Below, one piece after another: positions 10,339 through 20,715 of a DNA stretch of 64,000 nucleotides (position 1 is its first letter; each line of letters opens with the position of its first letter). The stretch lies in the IMG/VR virus record IMGVR_UViG_3300021430_000595. One strand, given 5' to 3'. The notes beneath the pieces are model-generated. The model saw only the letters and a program-made list of their open reading frames with translations, had not been told where the DNA came from and did not search any database. The stretch is from a virus. The position numbers were made by a program, and so were the translations under genes.

Positions 10339-10607
10339 AAGATACACAAATTTCGATTTTTTTGTTAAATTTTCACAACACACATAATAAAGTGTGCAAT
10401 ATATGTCAGAATTAAGAACTATTAAATTTTTCAGTAAAAAAATTATCATGAGGCCACAAAATAAAGGTGTTGGTGTTACAGAAGTGTGGACACCAAATCT
10501 TAACACCGTTACGGTCTTTCCTATTCAGTTTATTATTCATCACGGAGTGAGATATTTTTTACAGTACACCACTGAAAAAACCGAGGATTAATGTATTTAT
10601 TCATATA

Positions 10608-10865
10608 ATGAATATCGAATTTAAAAAGTCTGAATTAGAATCCTTAATAATGGAGTACTACGATAGAGATAAACTTTATCATAGAGAATCCATTGTGAAA
10701 AGATTACTTATGAAAGACAAAAAGGGATATTATATCGCACCCAAATCAATAAGAGATTACGTGGAAACGTTACCTTACATTGAGTGTTATGACTCAACCG
10801 GAAATAAACAAACTTGCACAAAAGTACCTGAAGTTGTGTATGTTTATTTACAAGGTAGGTATTAA
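10608..10865 (+). CDS. hypothetical protein
   Basis: TATTTAT upstream; 85 aa. Confidence 0.6.
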   Translation: MNIEFKKSELESLIMEYYDRDKLYHRESIVKRLLMKDKKGYYIAPKSIRDYVETLPYIECYDSTGNKQTCTKVPEVVYVYLQGRY

Positions 10866-10906
10866 TTGAAATAACGTGATATTTATAAACAAACATATTA
10901 AATAAA

Positions 10907-11224
10907 ATGGCGAAGAAAATTATAGTTACTGAATCACAATTGAAGAAATTGATTCAACACCAAGCAATGAAAAAATTAAACGAAGGTGTAACTTTCAACG
11001 ATGAAGAATCGATGGGTGATGAACTTAATGTCGATACTGAAGACGGTAAATTCGTTGATGGTGAAGAAATGACAACTGATGAAATGAATACTGAAATGGG
11101 AATGGAAGATGAAATGGGTGATATCAGTCTAAATGAGGGTAAACTTAAATTAAAGGATACCTTTAACAAATTCACAAAGAACCCTATTATCAATAGTTTA
11201 AGTTCTCAAGTTTTGAAAAAATAA
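10907..11224 (+). CDS. acidic protein with VTESQL leader
   Basis: MAKKIIVTESQLKKLI; E/D/M-rich middle. Confidence 0.65.
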   Translation: MAKKIIVTESQLKKLIQHQAMKKLNEGVTFNDEESMGDELNVDTEDGKFVDGEEMTTDEMNTEMGMEDEMGDISLNEGKLKLKDTFNKFTKNPIINSLSSQVLKK

Positions 11225-11307
11225 TAAATTAATTAACCATATTAAAAACTCTCGTACTGAGAGTTTTTTTTTATGCAGTAACCGGTAAATCGAAGTATTT
11301 ATATTAT

Positions 11308-11493
11308 ATGAAAAAGTACATATTCACTGAATCTCAGTTAAAAAAAATTATAGATAAGGAACTTGATGAAAGGTCTCGTTCTTTAGCGAATACTCGTAAA
11401 AAGAGACTATTCCCAAAAAGTGCAATGATGTCAAATCCTGACAGATTTAAAGAGTACGATAAAGAAGTAAAAGGAATTAAAGACGAAGAATAA
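11308..11493 (+). CDS. small protein with FTESQL leader
   Basis: MKKYIFTESQLKKII; TATTTAT upstream. Confidence 0.6.
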   Translation: MKKYIFTESQLKKIIDKELDERSRSLANTRKKRLFPKSAMMSNPDRFKEYDKEVKGIKDEE

Positions 11494-11846
11494 TGAAAGT
11501 AATTTTGAGTGAATCACAATTAAAGAGAATTATCGAATCCGAAACAAAGGAATTTGAAAAGTTTGCGGATACAAGAATGGGTGGTGCTAAAAAAATTAGT
11601 GACACCGCAAAAGAAAAAGGTGGTTTATCATTATTGACGTATCATCACTTCAAAGTAAAACTACCTTATTACAAGAAAGCGTCTGAAGGTAAAATGAACA
11701 TGGAAGATGCTAAAAAAGAATACAAAAAACTTTTAGATAAACTTTACGAATCAACAAAAGACGATATGGAGATTGGACAAATACCATTCCAAGAATTGGT
11801 AGGTAAGATTGAAGTATTAGGTGAATTATTGATTAAAGAAAAATAA
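11493..11846 (+). CDS. protein with LSESQL leader
   Basis: MKVILSESQLKRII. Confidence 0.65.
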   Translation: MKVILSESQLKRIIESETKEFEKFADTRMGGAKKISDTAKEKGGLSLLTYHHFKVKLPYYKKASEGKMNMEDAKKEYKKLLDKLYESTKDDMEIGQIPFQELVGKIEVLGELLIKEK

Positions 11847-11984
11847 CTGGGTTTATACCCACATTAGGACCGGGACTAGTTCACGGAGTTGGGGGAAGGT
11901 TCGCTACTCTTCCCCCTTTTTTTATTTGTTCTAAACGGTGAGGTAAACATCGATAATACGGATATTTATTGTTATACTTTTTAA

Positions 11985-13802
11985 ATGAAAATAATTAACT
12001 TAATAGAATCAATGTTGCTTGAGGCCACACCTCAAGAGATATATAATTCGTATTATAAAGACATACCGTATGATGTCTTTAGTCAGATTGTATTTAGTGA
12101 CCCAAATACTTCGAGGTCGGGAGAGGAAATAAAGAAAATTGGTAAGTACAGTAAGTTACTCTTAACAATGTATAAGAGAGGTAATTTGAAGATTGAGGAT
12201 TTACCAAAAGCAACAGAATATTTGACGTATGTCTATAAACACCAACTTAGTTTGGATGTTAACAAAATAAAAACCCTATCCGACCTGTACGATGTTGTTA
12301 AATCATATTACACCAAGGACGCAAAAGACCTATCAACCGTTTTAAAGGCGTTATCACCTGAAGACTATAAAATGGTTCACCAAGACGATAAATGGACAAT
12401 TTTTGTACCATTAACTGAGAAAGGGGCGTGTTATTTGGGTATCAATACCGAATGGTGTACCGCATGGGGACCTAAGTCATTGAACCCTAATTATCGAGAC
12501 AGGGAAAGTCGTTTTTCTTACCACAACCAAAAGGGTTATTTATATATCATTATTAATAATTCCGATTTTAACCAAAAGTATCAATTCCATTTTGAAACCA
12601 ACCAATACATGGATATTAATGATAAAAGAATCGATACCGGTAAATTCTTAGATGAAAACATCTCAATTCGTGATTATTTCTTCCCATCATTTACTAAACC
12701 TAATTTGAGTGAAAGTGAGATAAAGGAACAAATTGGTAAAATGCAGGTATTGTCTTCGGATAGTGTGACTGACTTAATGGATATTATACTTAAAAAAGTG
12801 GCTGAAACTAACCCACTAATTAAGTCAATATCAGATTTAGATGAGGAAAGAATTAACGAGTTAATTGTTGATGATAATTTAGTAGAACCAACTGATATTT
12901 ACAAAAACAAAATCAATTTTACATTTGATAAATTATCGAGTTATTTAGAATCGACTGAAAATACATTATCATATTATGAATCGGATAAATATTATTCTGG
13001 TGATAGAATATATGATGATGCAAGTAATTGGGATGATGATTATAAAAGAGAAAGACTTGAGGTGTTCTTCAAAGAATATTACGAAGAAAACAAACAAACA
13101 TTAGATAGCAATTATGGTATTCGTGATTACGAACAATTTAAATCTGAGTTTTTCGAAGGATTTTACGAGGATAGTAAAATAGTAGATGAATATTACGACC
13201 AATATATCAGATTAAACGTCGGAGCTTATGAAGATGCTCTACAAACCGCAATAGATGATATTGAAAAGTACATTAGTTTTTCTAAAAGTGGTTATAGGGG
13301 TTTACAAGTTGTTGAGGTAAATGTTGGATACTTCATGTTATTCTTGGCAAACAAAAATATAACATCGATAAATGGAAATCTTGAGGATGTTTTGGATGAT
13401 TATATTTTAGCCAACGATGTTCAACAAGAATACGAAGGAATTTATGACTACAACTACACTGAAGTAAAATACGAGAATTTAAAAGATACTATTGAAACAT
13501 ATTTTGAAAACCAATTTGATGATTACGAAGGTGTTCAAGAATGCACTAAATTAAGAATACAATTATCCGAAATTATTAAAAAATTATTCGGTGGCAAATT
13601 GCGTTTTGAGAATGAACATGTAATAGTTCAAATTGATAATAACGGTAAGGTTGATTGTGAGGATGGTACTGTAGACATAATATATGTTAATAAGGACACC
13701 AATAAACAATTCCAAGGTGCGGTTAAGGTTGAGAATCTACCATCGTATGTGACTAACTATTCACTTTTTGAAAGTGTATTTAACTTTAAAAGATTTATAT
13801 GA
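11985..13802 (+). CDS. PcfJ-like/WCT-motif protein (paralogue 2)
   Basis: VPLTEKGACYLGINTEWCTA; KYQFHFETNQYMD. Confidence 0.55.
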   Translation: MKIINLIESMLLEATPQEIYNSYYKDIPYDVFSQIVFSDPNTSRSGEEIKKIGKYSKLLLTMYKRGNLKIEDLPKATEYLTYVYKHQLSLDVNKIKTLSDLYDVVKSYYTKDAKDLSTVLKALSPEDYKMVHQDDKWTIFVPLTEKGACYLGINTEWCTAWGPKSLNPNYRDRESRFSYHNQKGYLYIIINNSDFNQKYQFHFETNQYMDINDKRIDTGKFLDENISIRDYFFPSFTKPNLSESEIKEQIGKMQVLSSDSVTDLMDIILKKVAETNPLIKSISDLDEERINELIVDDNLVEPTDIYKNKINFTFDKLSSYLESTENTLSYYESDKYYSGDRIYDDASNWDDDYKRERLEVFFKEYYEENKQTLDSNYGIRDYEQFKSEFFEGFYEDSKIVDEYYDQYIRLNVGAYEDALQTAIDDIEKYISFSKSGYRGLQVVEVNVGYFMLFLANKNITSINGNLEDVLDDYILANDVQQEYEGIYDYNYTEVKYENLKDTIETYFENQFDDYEGVQECTKLRIQLSEIIKKLFGGKLRFENEHVIVQIDNNGKVDCEDGTVDIIYVNKDTNKQFQGAVKVENLPSYVTNYSLFESVFNFKRFI

Positions 13803-15403
13803 AAACATTATCATTAGTTGAAGAATTGATAATTGAGGCAAGTAAAAAAGATATCCTAATTAATAAATTAGGTTTCAGTCAAGATAATGCAGAAACACTA
13901 TCAGAACTTGCTGGTGGTTTATCTGTTTGGTTGGGTAATAAGTTGATTGATTATTTTGGTCAACAACAAATAGAAAGAATGTCGGCAACATTACCACAAG
14001 AAGAAGAGCAAAGAATTAGAGACCTATTTAAAAAAGACCCTAATTACAGAAAAGAAGTGGGTGTGAAGGCATTAAACACCAGTGGTGGTGTTAGAGCCGT
14101 TTATAGTAACATAGTGTCTATAATGGATTGGATTAGAATCGGATTCAACGGTAATCTCCCTGAACAGTATAAGAATTACAGATTCGAAGAATTATACGGT
14201 GATTCAAGAAAATGGCACGATGAATTAAAGACAGGTGAAGGTGACATTAACTATGTTGAGAAAAATGAAGTGATAAGGGATTATCGCGATAAAAACGGTA
14301 TCGGTTTTTATTGGGTGGATTTACAAACAAACAACTCCCCTGAAGAATGTAATCGAATGGGTCACTGTGGAAGAACTAGTTCTTCAAATACAATATATTC
14401 ATTAAGAGAAACTAGAAAAGTAAAAGATAATTACACATTCAATAGAAGTCATTTAACCGCAGCTGTTGGTGATAGTGATGGTTTTATTTATCAATTAAAA
14501 GGACCTAAGAATAGTAAACCTGATGAAAGGTATTTCCCACAAATCGTCGATTTGATTATGAATACTGATATAAAAGGATTCGGTTCAGAATATGATAGTG
14601 CAAACGACTTCAGTATAGTTGATTTACCGGAAGATGATATCAGAAAAATCTACCAATCAAAACCTGAAATATTTAATACCCGTAGATTGAAAAGACAATT
14701 ACAAAAGATGGGTATAATAGATGATTTTGAAGAACCTGATATGGTATTTGATTGGGAGGTTGAAGCAAGTTATATTCCATATTATGTTGATGGTGATTGG
14801 ACGGTTAGACAATATAAAGACCAAAGAGGAAACACTAAAAAAATAACGTTCATTGAAACTTTGTTATCCGGTGATATTTGGGAATTAACTGATGATTATT
14901 ATGGTGAGTGGGAATCTGCAATTGAATATAACACAGATAGTGAAAATATTGAGACCATCAGAGAACTATTAAAAGATAAGGCGGGTGACGATTATGACCC
15001 CGATATGTCTTTAAAAGATTTAATTGAGGAATATGATGATGACCATGAAATAAGAAACGCTATTGGTACTGCATATAATGATACTGCGTCGCAAGAATAT
15101 TACGACTACGCTATGAAACAACTAAAAGACGCGTTAAGTGAATATGGTGATGTACTTAAATTAAATGATGAGGGTGCAACTATTAGAGTTAATTTAGGGG
15201 ATATCATTAACAACATGGGTTACGATGAAGAACAAATCGACCAATTCTTTGAGACTTGTGGTGATGAACCATCATGTGTGTTTCAAGAAATGTTAGGTGA
15301 CTACTATGAAAAACCAAGATTTTATCTTGATGATAGATGGAATCCTGATATTGATGAAGGTGATTATAATGCGTATTTAGTAGATAGATTAAGTGAATTA
15401 TAA
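13799..15403 (+). CDS. PcfJ-like domain protein (paralogue 3)
   Basis: EECNRMGHCG...IYSLR...QLKGPKN matches the PcfJ-like ExxxMxHC/YSLR/QxxGxxN pattern. Confidence 0.55.
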   Translation: MKTLSLVEELIIEASKKDILINKLGFSQDNAETLSELAGGLSVWLGNKLIDYFGQQQIERMSATLPQEEEQRIRDLFKKDPNYRKEVGVKALNTSGGVRAVYSNIVSIMDWIRIGFNGNLPEQYKNYRFEELYGDSRKWHDELKTGEGDINYVEKNEVIRDYRDKNGIGFYWVDLQTNNSPEECNRMGHCGRTSSSNTIYSLRETRKVKDNYTFNRSHLTAAVGDSDGFIYQLKGPKNSKPDERYFPQIVDLIMNTDIKGFGSEYDSANDFSIVDLPEDDIRKIYQSKPEIFNTRRLKRQLQKMGIIDDFEEPDMVFDWEVEASYIPYYVDGDWTVRQYKDQRGNTKKITFIETLLSGDIWELTDDYYGEWESAIEYNTDSENIETIRELLKDKAGDDYDPDMSLKDLIEEYDDDHEIRNAIGTAYNDTASQEYYDYAMKQLKDALSEYGDVLKLNDEGATIRVNLGDIINNMGYDEEQIDQFFETCGDEPSCVFQEMLGDYYEKPRFYLDDRWNPDIDEGDYNAYLVDRLSEL

Positions 15404-15432
15404 AAAGAAAAGGGGGTTTTAAACCCCCTTAC

Positions 15433-16251
15433 TTATTTTATCCATTCTTGATTTCTTACTTCCTCATTGGCCTTATCAATCATTGATTGTACGTCAGCAC
15501 CTTCAATTTCAAAATACCTTAAACCTAATTTCCATAATGGGTGTTCTCTACATGATTCGAAATTAACTACGGCTTCATCATAATAATTTCCACCGGTTAC
15601 TTCGGCATCTTCGTGGTCGTAGTTATATACTTCATTATCGGGAGTTCCTTTTTTATTATTCATACTTCTCTCTTGTTGTAAAGAAATACCTGCTTTCATA
15701 ATTTCAGCCTCAGTTGGTGTCATTGGTCTATTAAATTTACCACCTTGTCCCATTGTATAAAATGGTTTTTTAAAGATTGTACTATCAACTTCAACCCCTT
15801 CTTCACCCCATGGAGTTGATATTGTTACGGTCTTGTTTGGTGTACCTTTGTCTTTATAGTATGTTGTTGTTTTAGCTGCAAAATTATAACCAAAACCCGT
15901 TGTGTCTTTTTTACATGAAACCGCACCTGTGGCCAAAATCGTACACGCAACTAACACTTTTAAATTGTCTTTCAAATCTTCAGACATTTCAACAGGACTA
16001 TCTGAAACATTTGTGGTTACAAGATTACCGTCATTATCATATTTCATTACAACGGTTTTCTTATCCTCACCTTCATTTCTTTTATCAATCAAATCAATTA
16101 CGATTTCTTTACCTTCAGTACCTTTAATACCTAATATTTCTTTTTTCAAAGATTTCATGATGTCATCATCAGATTCAACAGAATCTTCTTTGATGATACC
16201 CATTACTTGCTTAATTCGGAATAACTCCTCCTCTAATAATACTTTCTTCAT
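15433..16251 (-). CDS. hypothetical protein with internal lipoprotein-like signal
   Basis: acidic N-terminal ~90 aa, then KVLVACTILATGAVS-CKKD. Confidence 0.6.
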   Translation of the reverse strand: MKKVLLEEELFRIKQVMGIIKEDSVESDDDIMKSLKKEILGIKGTEGKEIVIDLIDKRNEGEDKKTVVMKYDNDGNLVTTNVSDSPVEMSEDLKDNLKVLVACTILATGAVSCKKDTTGFGYNFAAKTTTYYKDKGTPNKTVTISTPWGEEGVEVDSTIFKKPFYTMGQGGKFNRPMTPTEAEIMKAGISLQQERSMNNKKGTPDNEVYNYDHEDAEVTGGNYYDEAVVNFESCREHPLWKLGLRYFEIEGADVQSMIDKANEEVRNQEWIK

Positions 16252-16327
16252 GTTTTATAAATACCTCTAAAAATAAAAAAGGAGAGTTTAAACTCCCCCT
16301 TTTCTGACCTTGTGATTATGTTTATTA

Positions 16328-17119
16328 TTAGTATTTTGTTCCGCAGTGTGGGCAGAATTTATGGTTATCTTTTTTTCTCTTAGAACCACACTCAGTACAG
16401 TAAACAACCAAATCCTCTTTAACCAATGGTTTGGTTGACTGTGGTTTTATTTTCCACCAATTAGTCCAAGATGGATATGATTTGAATTTGGTGTTGTCAT
16501 ATGAAAAACTCTGATTCGAATCTGAACCTTTTTCAACTCTACCAGTCTCAACTTGTCTAAGTACTGATTTCAACGTTTTATTTCCATCATCAGATAATGT
16601 TGCTGACGATGTTATTGTTGAGTTGGAGTTATCTAAGTACGTAATTGATGATGAATAATAATAGTTATCACCAATTGTTGTTGTTGGGTGAACATAACCG
16701 CCCGAAGTTGTTCCAAAATTACTATTTCCCAACCATGGGTTTATTGAGAACGGACTCATAGTACTTTCATCATAAAATTTAACGGTAACATCACCATTGT
16801 TTTGAATGGCATTTAGAACCTCTTGATTTTTCCCATTTACCACATAAGTTTCAAAAAGGAATTTTTTTGCTTCATCAAGATATCTTTCTAAGAATACCCT
16901 TTCTCCTGGTCTTAACACAATACCATTACCAATGGATTTACCATTTAATTCGATTTTTGCTAATACTTTATTTTGGGTGGGATTAAAAAGTTCGACTTCG
17001 AACTCATCACCGTTGTTTAGATAAACGGTATCTACGTGTTGTTTTAATCTTTGTTTACCTCTGGTAATAAAAGATTGTGGTACAGCACGACCACTGTTAA
17101 TTGAAATTCTTCTATTCAT
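16328..17119 (-). CDS. conserved phage protein with C-terminal zinc ribbon
   Basis: YCTECG...KFCPHCG. Confidence 0.7.
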   Translation of the reverse strand: MNRRISINSGRAVPQSFITRGKQRLKQHVDTVYLNNGDEFEVELFNPTQNKVLAKIELNGKSIGNGIVLRPGERVFLERYLDEAKKFLFETYVVNGKNQEVLNAIQNNGDVTVKFYDESTMSPFSINPWLGNSNFGTTSGGYVHPTTTIGDNYYYSSSITYLDNSNSTITSSATLSDDGNKTLKSVLRQVETGRVEKGSDSNQSFSYDNTKFKSYPSWTNWWKIKPQSTKPLVKEDLVVYCTECGSKRKKDNHKFCPHCGTKY

Positions 17120-17241
17120 TTTACCTTATATTTTTTTGTATTTGAACCCGAATTCGTTGGTATCAATTCCAACTCAAATGTCACAGGGACACTTCCGATT
17201 CAACCACAAGGTCATTAATAAGTATAAAGAAAAAAAAATAA

Positions 17242-17709
17242 TTATAAAGTATAAATTTCCAATTCCATTTCGGTAATAATAATATTACCATTTTCATCGT
17301 TCCTTAAAGTTATTTCTAACTCATCACCAATAGTTACAATTCCCTCACCGGCATTACTTTTTGTTTTTAACATTTCCCAATTTATTGGTAATGTTACAAC
17401 TTCGCTGTTTGTGTTATCTTCATCAACCCAAAAATCCACCTCCACTTCTATCTCACTTGGACCATCAATTCCATACAATGAGATATCTTTAATTCCCCAT
17501 TCTCTTGCATCAATATCAATACTGTAAGACATGTTTATGGTGGGTCTTGATATATTATCTATTTGTTTCCCTTTATATGTTACACCACTATCATAGAAAT
17601 ATGTTTTTATTTCTTTACTGTAACTGTCAGACACACCTTCATTTAATTGGGTTTTAGATATCCCTTTAACTAATTTTTTAACTTGTGATTCACTTAATAT
17701 TATTTTCAT
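17242..17709 (-). CDS. protein with LSESQV leader (start reassigned to 17709)
   Basis: MKIILSESQVKKLV; TATTTAT upstream. Confidence 0.65.
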   Translation of the reverse strand: MKIILSESQVKKLVKGISKTQLNEGVSDSYSKEIKTYFYDSGVTYKGKQIDNISRPTINMSYSIDIDAREWGIKDISLYGIDGPSEIEVEVDFWVDEDNTNSEVVTLPINWEMLKTKSNAGEGIVTIGDELEITLRNDENGNIIITEMELEIYTL

Positions 17710-17812
17710 GAGAAATTCTTTTACATATAAATACTTTCTAATTGGGGATAATGAACCGGTAATATTTTTCAAAATATTTATAGTTAAATAAACAAATAAA
17801 CACAAATTAACT

Positions 17813-18640
17813 ATGTTATTAAAAGTTGGTTCTAAAGGAGAAGAAGTTAAACAACTTCAAAGAAAATTGGGTGTTACCGATACCGGTAACTTTGGACCCC
17901 TAACCGAAGCTGCAGTAAAAAAGTGGCAAAAAGAAAATGGATTACTTGATGATGGTATTGTGGGTGAGTCGACATGGGGTAAAATGTTTGGTGGTACACA
18001 AACTGTAATTACCGAACCCGCACCAGTATCAAATGTTGGTGGTTTGAAACTTGAAAGATTAAAAGGTCACATTCCTGATTCAGTTATTTCACAAATACCT
18101 GACACTGCACAAAAATTCCAAATTAACACACCACTTAGATTAGCACATTTCTTAGCACAATGTGGTCACGAATCAGGTGGATTTAAAGCAACGCAAGAAA
18201 ATCTTAATTATTCTGCAGATGGTTTAAAAAGAATTTTTCCTAAATATTTTCCGGGTAACTTAGCCGAATCATATGCTAGACAACCACAAAAAATTGCAGC
18301 AAGAGTGTACGGTGGTCGTATGGGTAATGGTGTTGAGTCTACAGGTGAAGGTTTTAAATTCCGTGGAAGAGGGTATATCCAATTAACCGGTAAAGATAAC
18401 TACACTGCATTTGGTAAAGCAATAAATGAAGACGTATTATCAAATCCCGATTTGGTATCTACAAAATATGCGTTATTATCTGCAGCGTGGTTCTTCAGTA
18501 GAAATGGTTTACACAAAATGGCCGATGAAGGTTCAACCGATGCCGTTGTAACTAAAATCACTAGAAGAGTGAACGGTGGTACAATTGGTTTAGCGGATAG
18601 GATTAAACACTTTAAAGAATACTACGAATTATTGAAATAA
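17813..18640 (+). CDS. modular endolysin: PG-binding plus GH19 lysozyme/chitinase
   Basis: GNFGPLTEAAVKKWQ..DGIVG; AHFLAQCGHESGG; FRGRGYIQLTGKDNY; RRVNGG. Confidence 0.92.
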   Translation: MLLKVGSKGEEVKQLQRKLGVTDTGNFGPLTEAAVKKWQKENGLLDDGIVGESTWGKMFGGTQTVITEPAPVSNVGGLKLERLKGHIPDSVISQIPDTAQKFQINTPLRLAHFLAQCGHESGGFKATQENLNYSADGLKRIFPKYFPGNLAESYARQPQKIAARVYGGRMGNGVESTGEGFKFRGRGYIQLTGKDNYTAFGKAINEDVLSNPDLVSTKYALLSAAWFFSRNGLHKMADEGSTDAVVTKITRRVNGGTIGLADRIKHFKEYYELLK

Positions 18641-18651
18641 AAAAAAGGGGT

Positions 18652-20217
18652 TTAATAACCCCTTTTTTCTTTTATGTCTGTATAATCTTTTGGTTGGTCA
18701 CTTGATGGTTCAGCACCATCTTCGGGTGTTAATTCTTTAAGAAGTTCTTTCCATTTTTTACTTGATAAGAAATGTGAATCGAACTCGGGATTTGAATCAC
18801 CAAAAAGGTATAGTGAATAGAATGAATCGTCAGTTGGTGTGTTTGTTTTACTATAAATTTCAACAATATATGTTTCACCTTCAGAGTCATTATACATATC
18901 AGTGTCGATATGCATGTATAGTGGTTCATATCTCACACCATCAAACTCAACCCAATCATTTTTACCCACATTGTAAAGACCACTTTTTCCATTAACTCTA
19001 CTTTCGTAAATTCTGATGTTTTTATTATCCGCACTTACCCTAGCAACTTTAAATTCAGAACTCATTAAATAATCAAAAATGTATGCAACACCTTCTTTTA
19101 TTCCTTTTTGTTTTAATGTATTATCAAGTAATCTAAACTCATTACCAACTTTTCTAATCTCATTAACAAATGCGAAATTGTTGTATCTTTCTTTAACACT
19201 ATTTCTGTCCAAATGTGGATATAATATGTACTTGTTTCTAAGTTCAGTATCCATCGATTTCCAAGATTCAGGTTTTTGAAGTGCACCCCCATTTTCAATA
19301 AATGACATTTTAAACTCCCTTTCCATTCTTTTGAACTCATATCTATTACCCGGAGTTTCATTTATTCTTCCTGAAACATCTTTCAACGAAAGTTCTTCAG
19401 GTGTAAATGGTTTTACTTTGAATAAATCCTTTTCACCATTTAACTGTGGATATATTTGAACAATCTCTTCCCATGTTTTTACGTTATCACCATTATTAAG
19501 CATTGATGTTATCCTAAAACCTGATGCCACACTAGTGTCTCTTTGTATTGTTGAAATATGATATTGGTCTGTTGATGGTTTATTATCATCAATCAAAAAA
19601 TAGAAACTTCTGTTATTTCTGTAGGTGCCCCACATGTTAGATTTATTCATGTCAGGTCTCCAAGTCACACACCACGGTTGAATATCCTTATCACTTTTAT
19701 TAGGTTCACCGATTGCAATCTTATATAATTTATGATAATAATAACCGAATCTAATAGACGTTTGTTGGTCAAGAATATTATAAACTCTAAGACCATCCTT
19801 ATCTAAGATTAATTCATCAGTTCCGTACCATAATTTTCTTGAAGCCTCAATTTTCTCAGGTGTAGGTGCGGTGTTACTACCGGAAAAAATATCTTCAGTA
19901 TTTCTTCTCTCAGTATTGTATTGGTCTAATAAAAATTTTATTTGTGAATATGTGTATTTGGTGATGTCTTTAATAAGGTTAGGGTCAAATCTTTGATATC
20001 CATGTTCACCATCATATCTACTTAGAAAAGTATACACTTGTGGTAGGTCTTCTCTTAGATTACCTTGTATCTTGGCAAAATTATTAAAAAGCTCCTCACC
20101 TTCCTCTTCGGTAATATCAGGTTTTTCTTCACGCCATTTATTCATTAAAGTAGTGAAGAGCTTTTTATTTTTAACCTCCTCCGTAAGTGTTTCAAATAGA
20201 AGTTCTGTAAATTTCAT
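18652..20217 (-). CDS. PcfJ-like/WCT-motif protein (paralogue 4)
   Basis: SIRFG...QPWCVTW...SFYFLID. Confidence 0.5.
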   Translation of the reverse strand: MKFTELLFETLTEEVKNKKLFTTLMNKWREEKPDITEEEGEELFNNFAKIQGNLREDLPQVYTFLSRYDGEHGYQRFDPNLIKDITKYTYSQIKFLLDQYNTERRNTEDIFSGSNTAPTPEKIEASRKLWYGTDELILDKDGLRVYNILDQQTSIRFGYYYHKLYKIAIGEPNKSDKDIQPWCVTWRPDMNKSNMWGTYRNNRSFYFLIDDNKPSTDQYHISTIQRDTSVASGFRITSMLNNGDNVKTWEEIVQIYPQLNGEKDLFKVKPFTPEELSLKDVSGRINETPGNRYEFKRMEREFKMSFIENGGALQKPESWKSMDTELRNKYILYPHLDRNSVKERYNNFAFVNEIRKVGNEFRLLDNTLKQKGIKEGVAYIFDYLMSSEFKVARVSADNKNIRIYESRVNGKSGLYNVGKNDWVEFDGVRYEPLYMHIDTDMYNDSEGETYIVEIYSKTNTPTDDSFYSLYLFGDSNPEFDSHFLSSKKWKELLKELTPEDGAEPSSDQPKDYTDIKEKRGY

Positions 20218-20272
20218 CGTCTAAAAATAATTATATACATATAAATACCCACAAATGTGGGTTTGTATATAA

Positions 20273-20617
20273 TTATCCTAAAACTTCGGAATCTACTTTT
20301 ATTACTCCTCTCTTTAAGGTCTCAACCTCATCTAATATTGATTTGCATAACTTTTCAATCATCAATATTTTCATAAGATTTTCTGCCTGTTGTGGATGTG
20401 TTTCTTGTGTGTGGGTGTTCAGAAGTACTGTTTTCATAAGATTCTCATTTTCAATCTTAACAATACGTTCCTTTTTTCTTTGGAAGTACTTTTTTGAATT
20501 CAATTTGGTACACTCAATGCAGTAATTACTGTGACCATCATGAATTAGTTTGTTTTTGTAAAAATCCGACATCGGTTTATCGTTTTTACAGCCCGTACAT
20601 TTCTTATTTATTTCCAT
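20273..20617 (-). CDS. Zn-finger protein (HNH-associated type)
   Basis: KKCTGC...DFYKNK..DGHSNYCIEC. Confidence 0.6.
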   Translation of the reverse strand: MEINKKCTGCKNDKPMSDFYKNKLIHDGHSNYCIECTKLNSKKYFQRKKERIVKIENENLMKTVLLNTHTQETHPQQAENLMKILMIEKLCKSILDEVETLKRGVIKVDSEVLG

Positions 20618-20715
20618 TCATCATAATTTTACTACAAATATAAAAACATTAATGATATAATTACAAATATTCTGTAAAATTTTTAAAACGGTATATATAA
20701 GTATTATACTATTAT

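Noticed and set aside
17130-17200. Hammerhead ribozyme in the three-way leader
   Set aside because: No CUGANGA/GAAA core
16305-17214. Retron or insertion sequence suggested by flanking inverted repeats
   Set aside because: The enclosed protein has no reverse transcriptase or transposase motifs and no target-site duplication is evident
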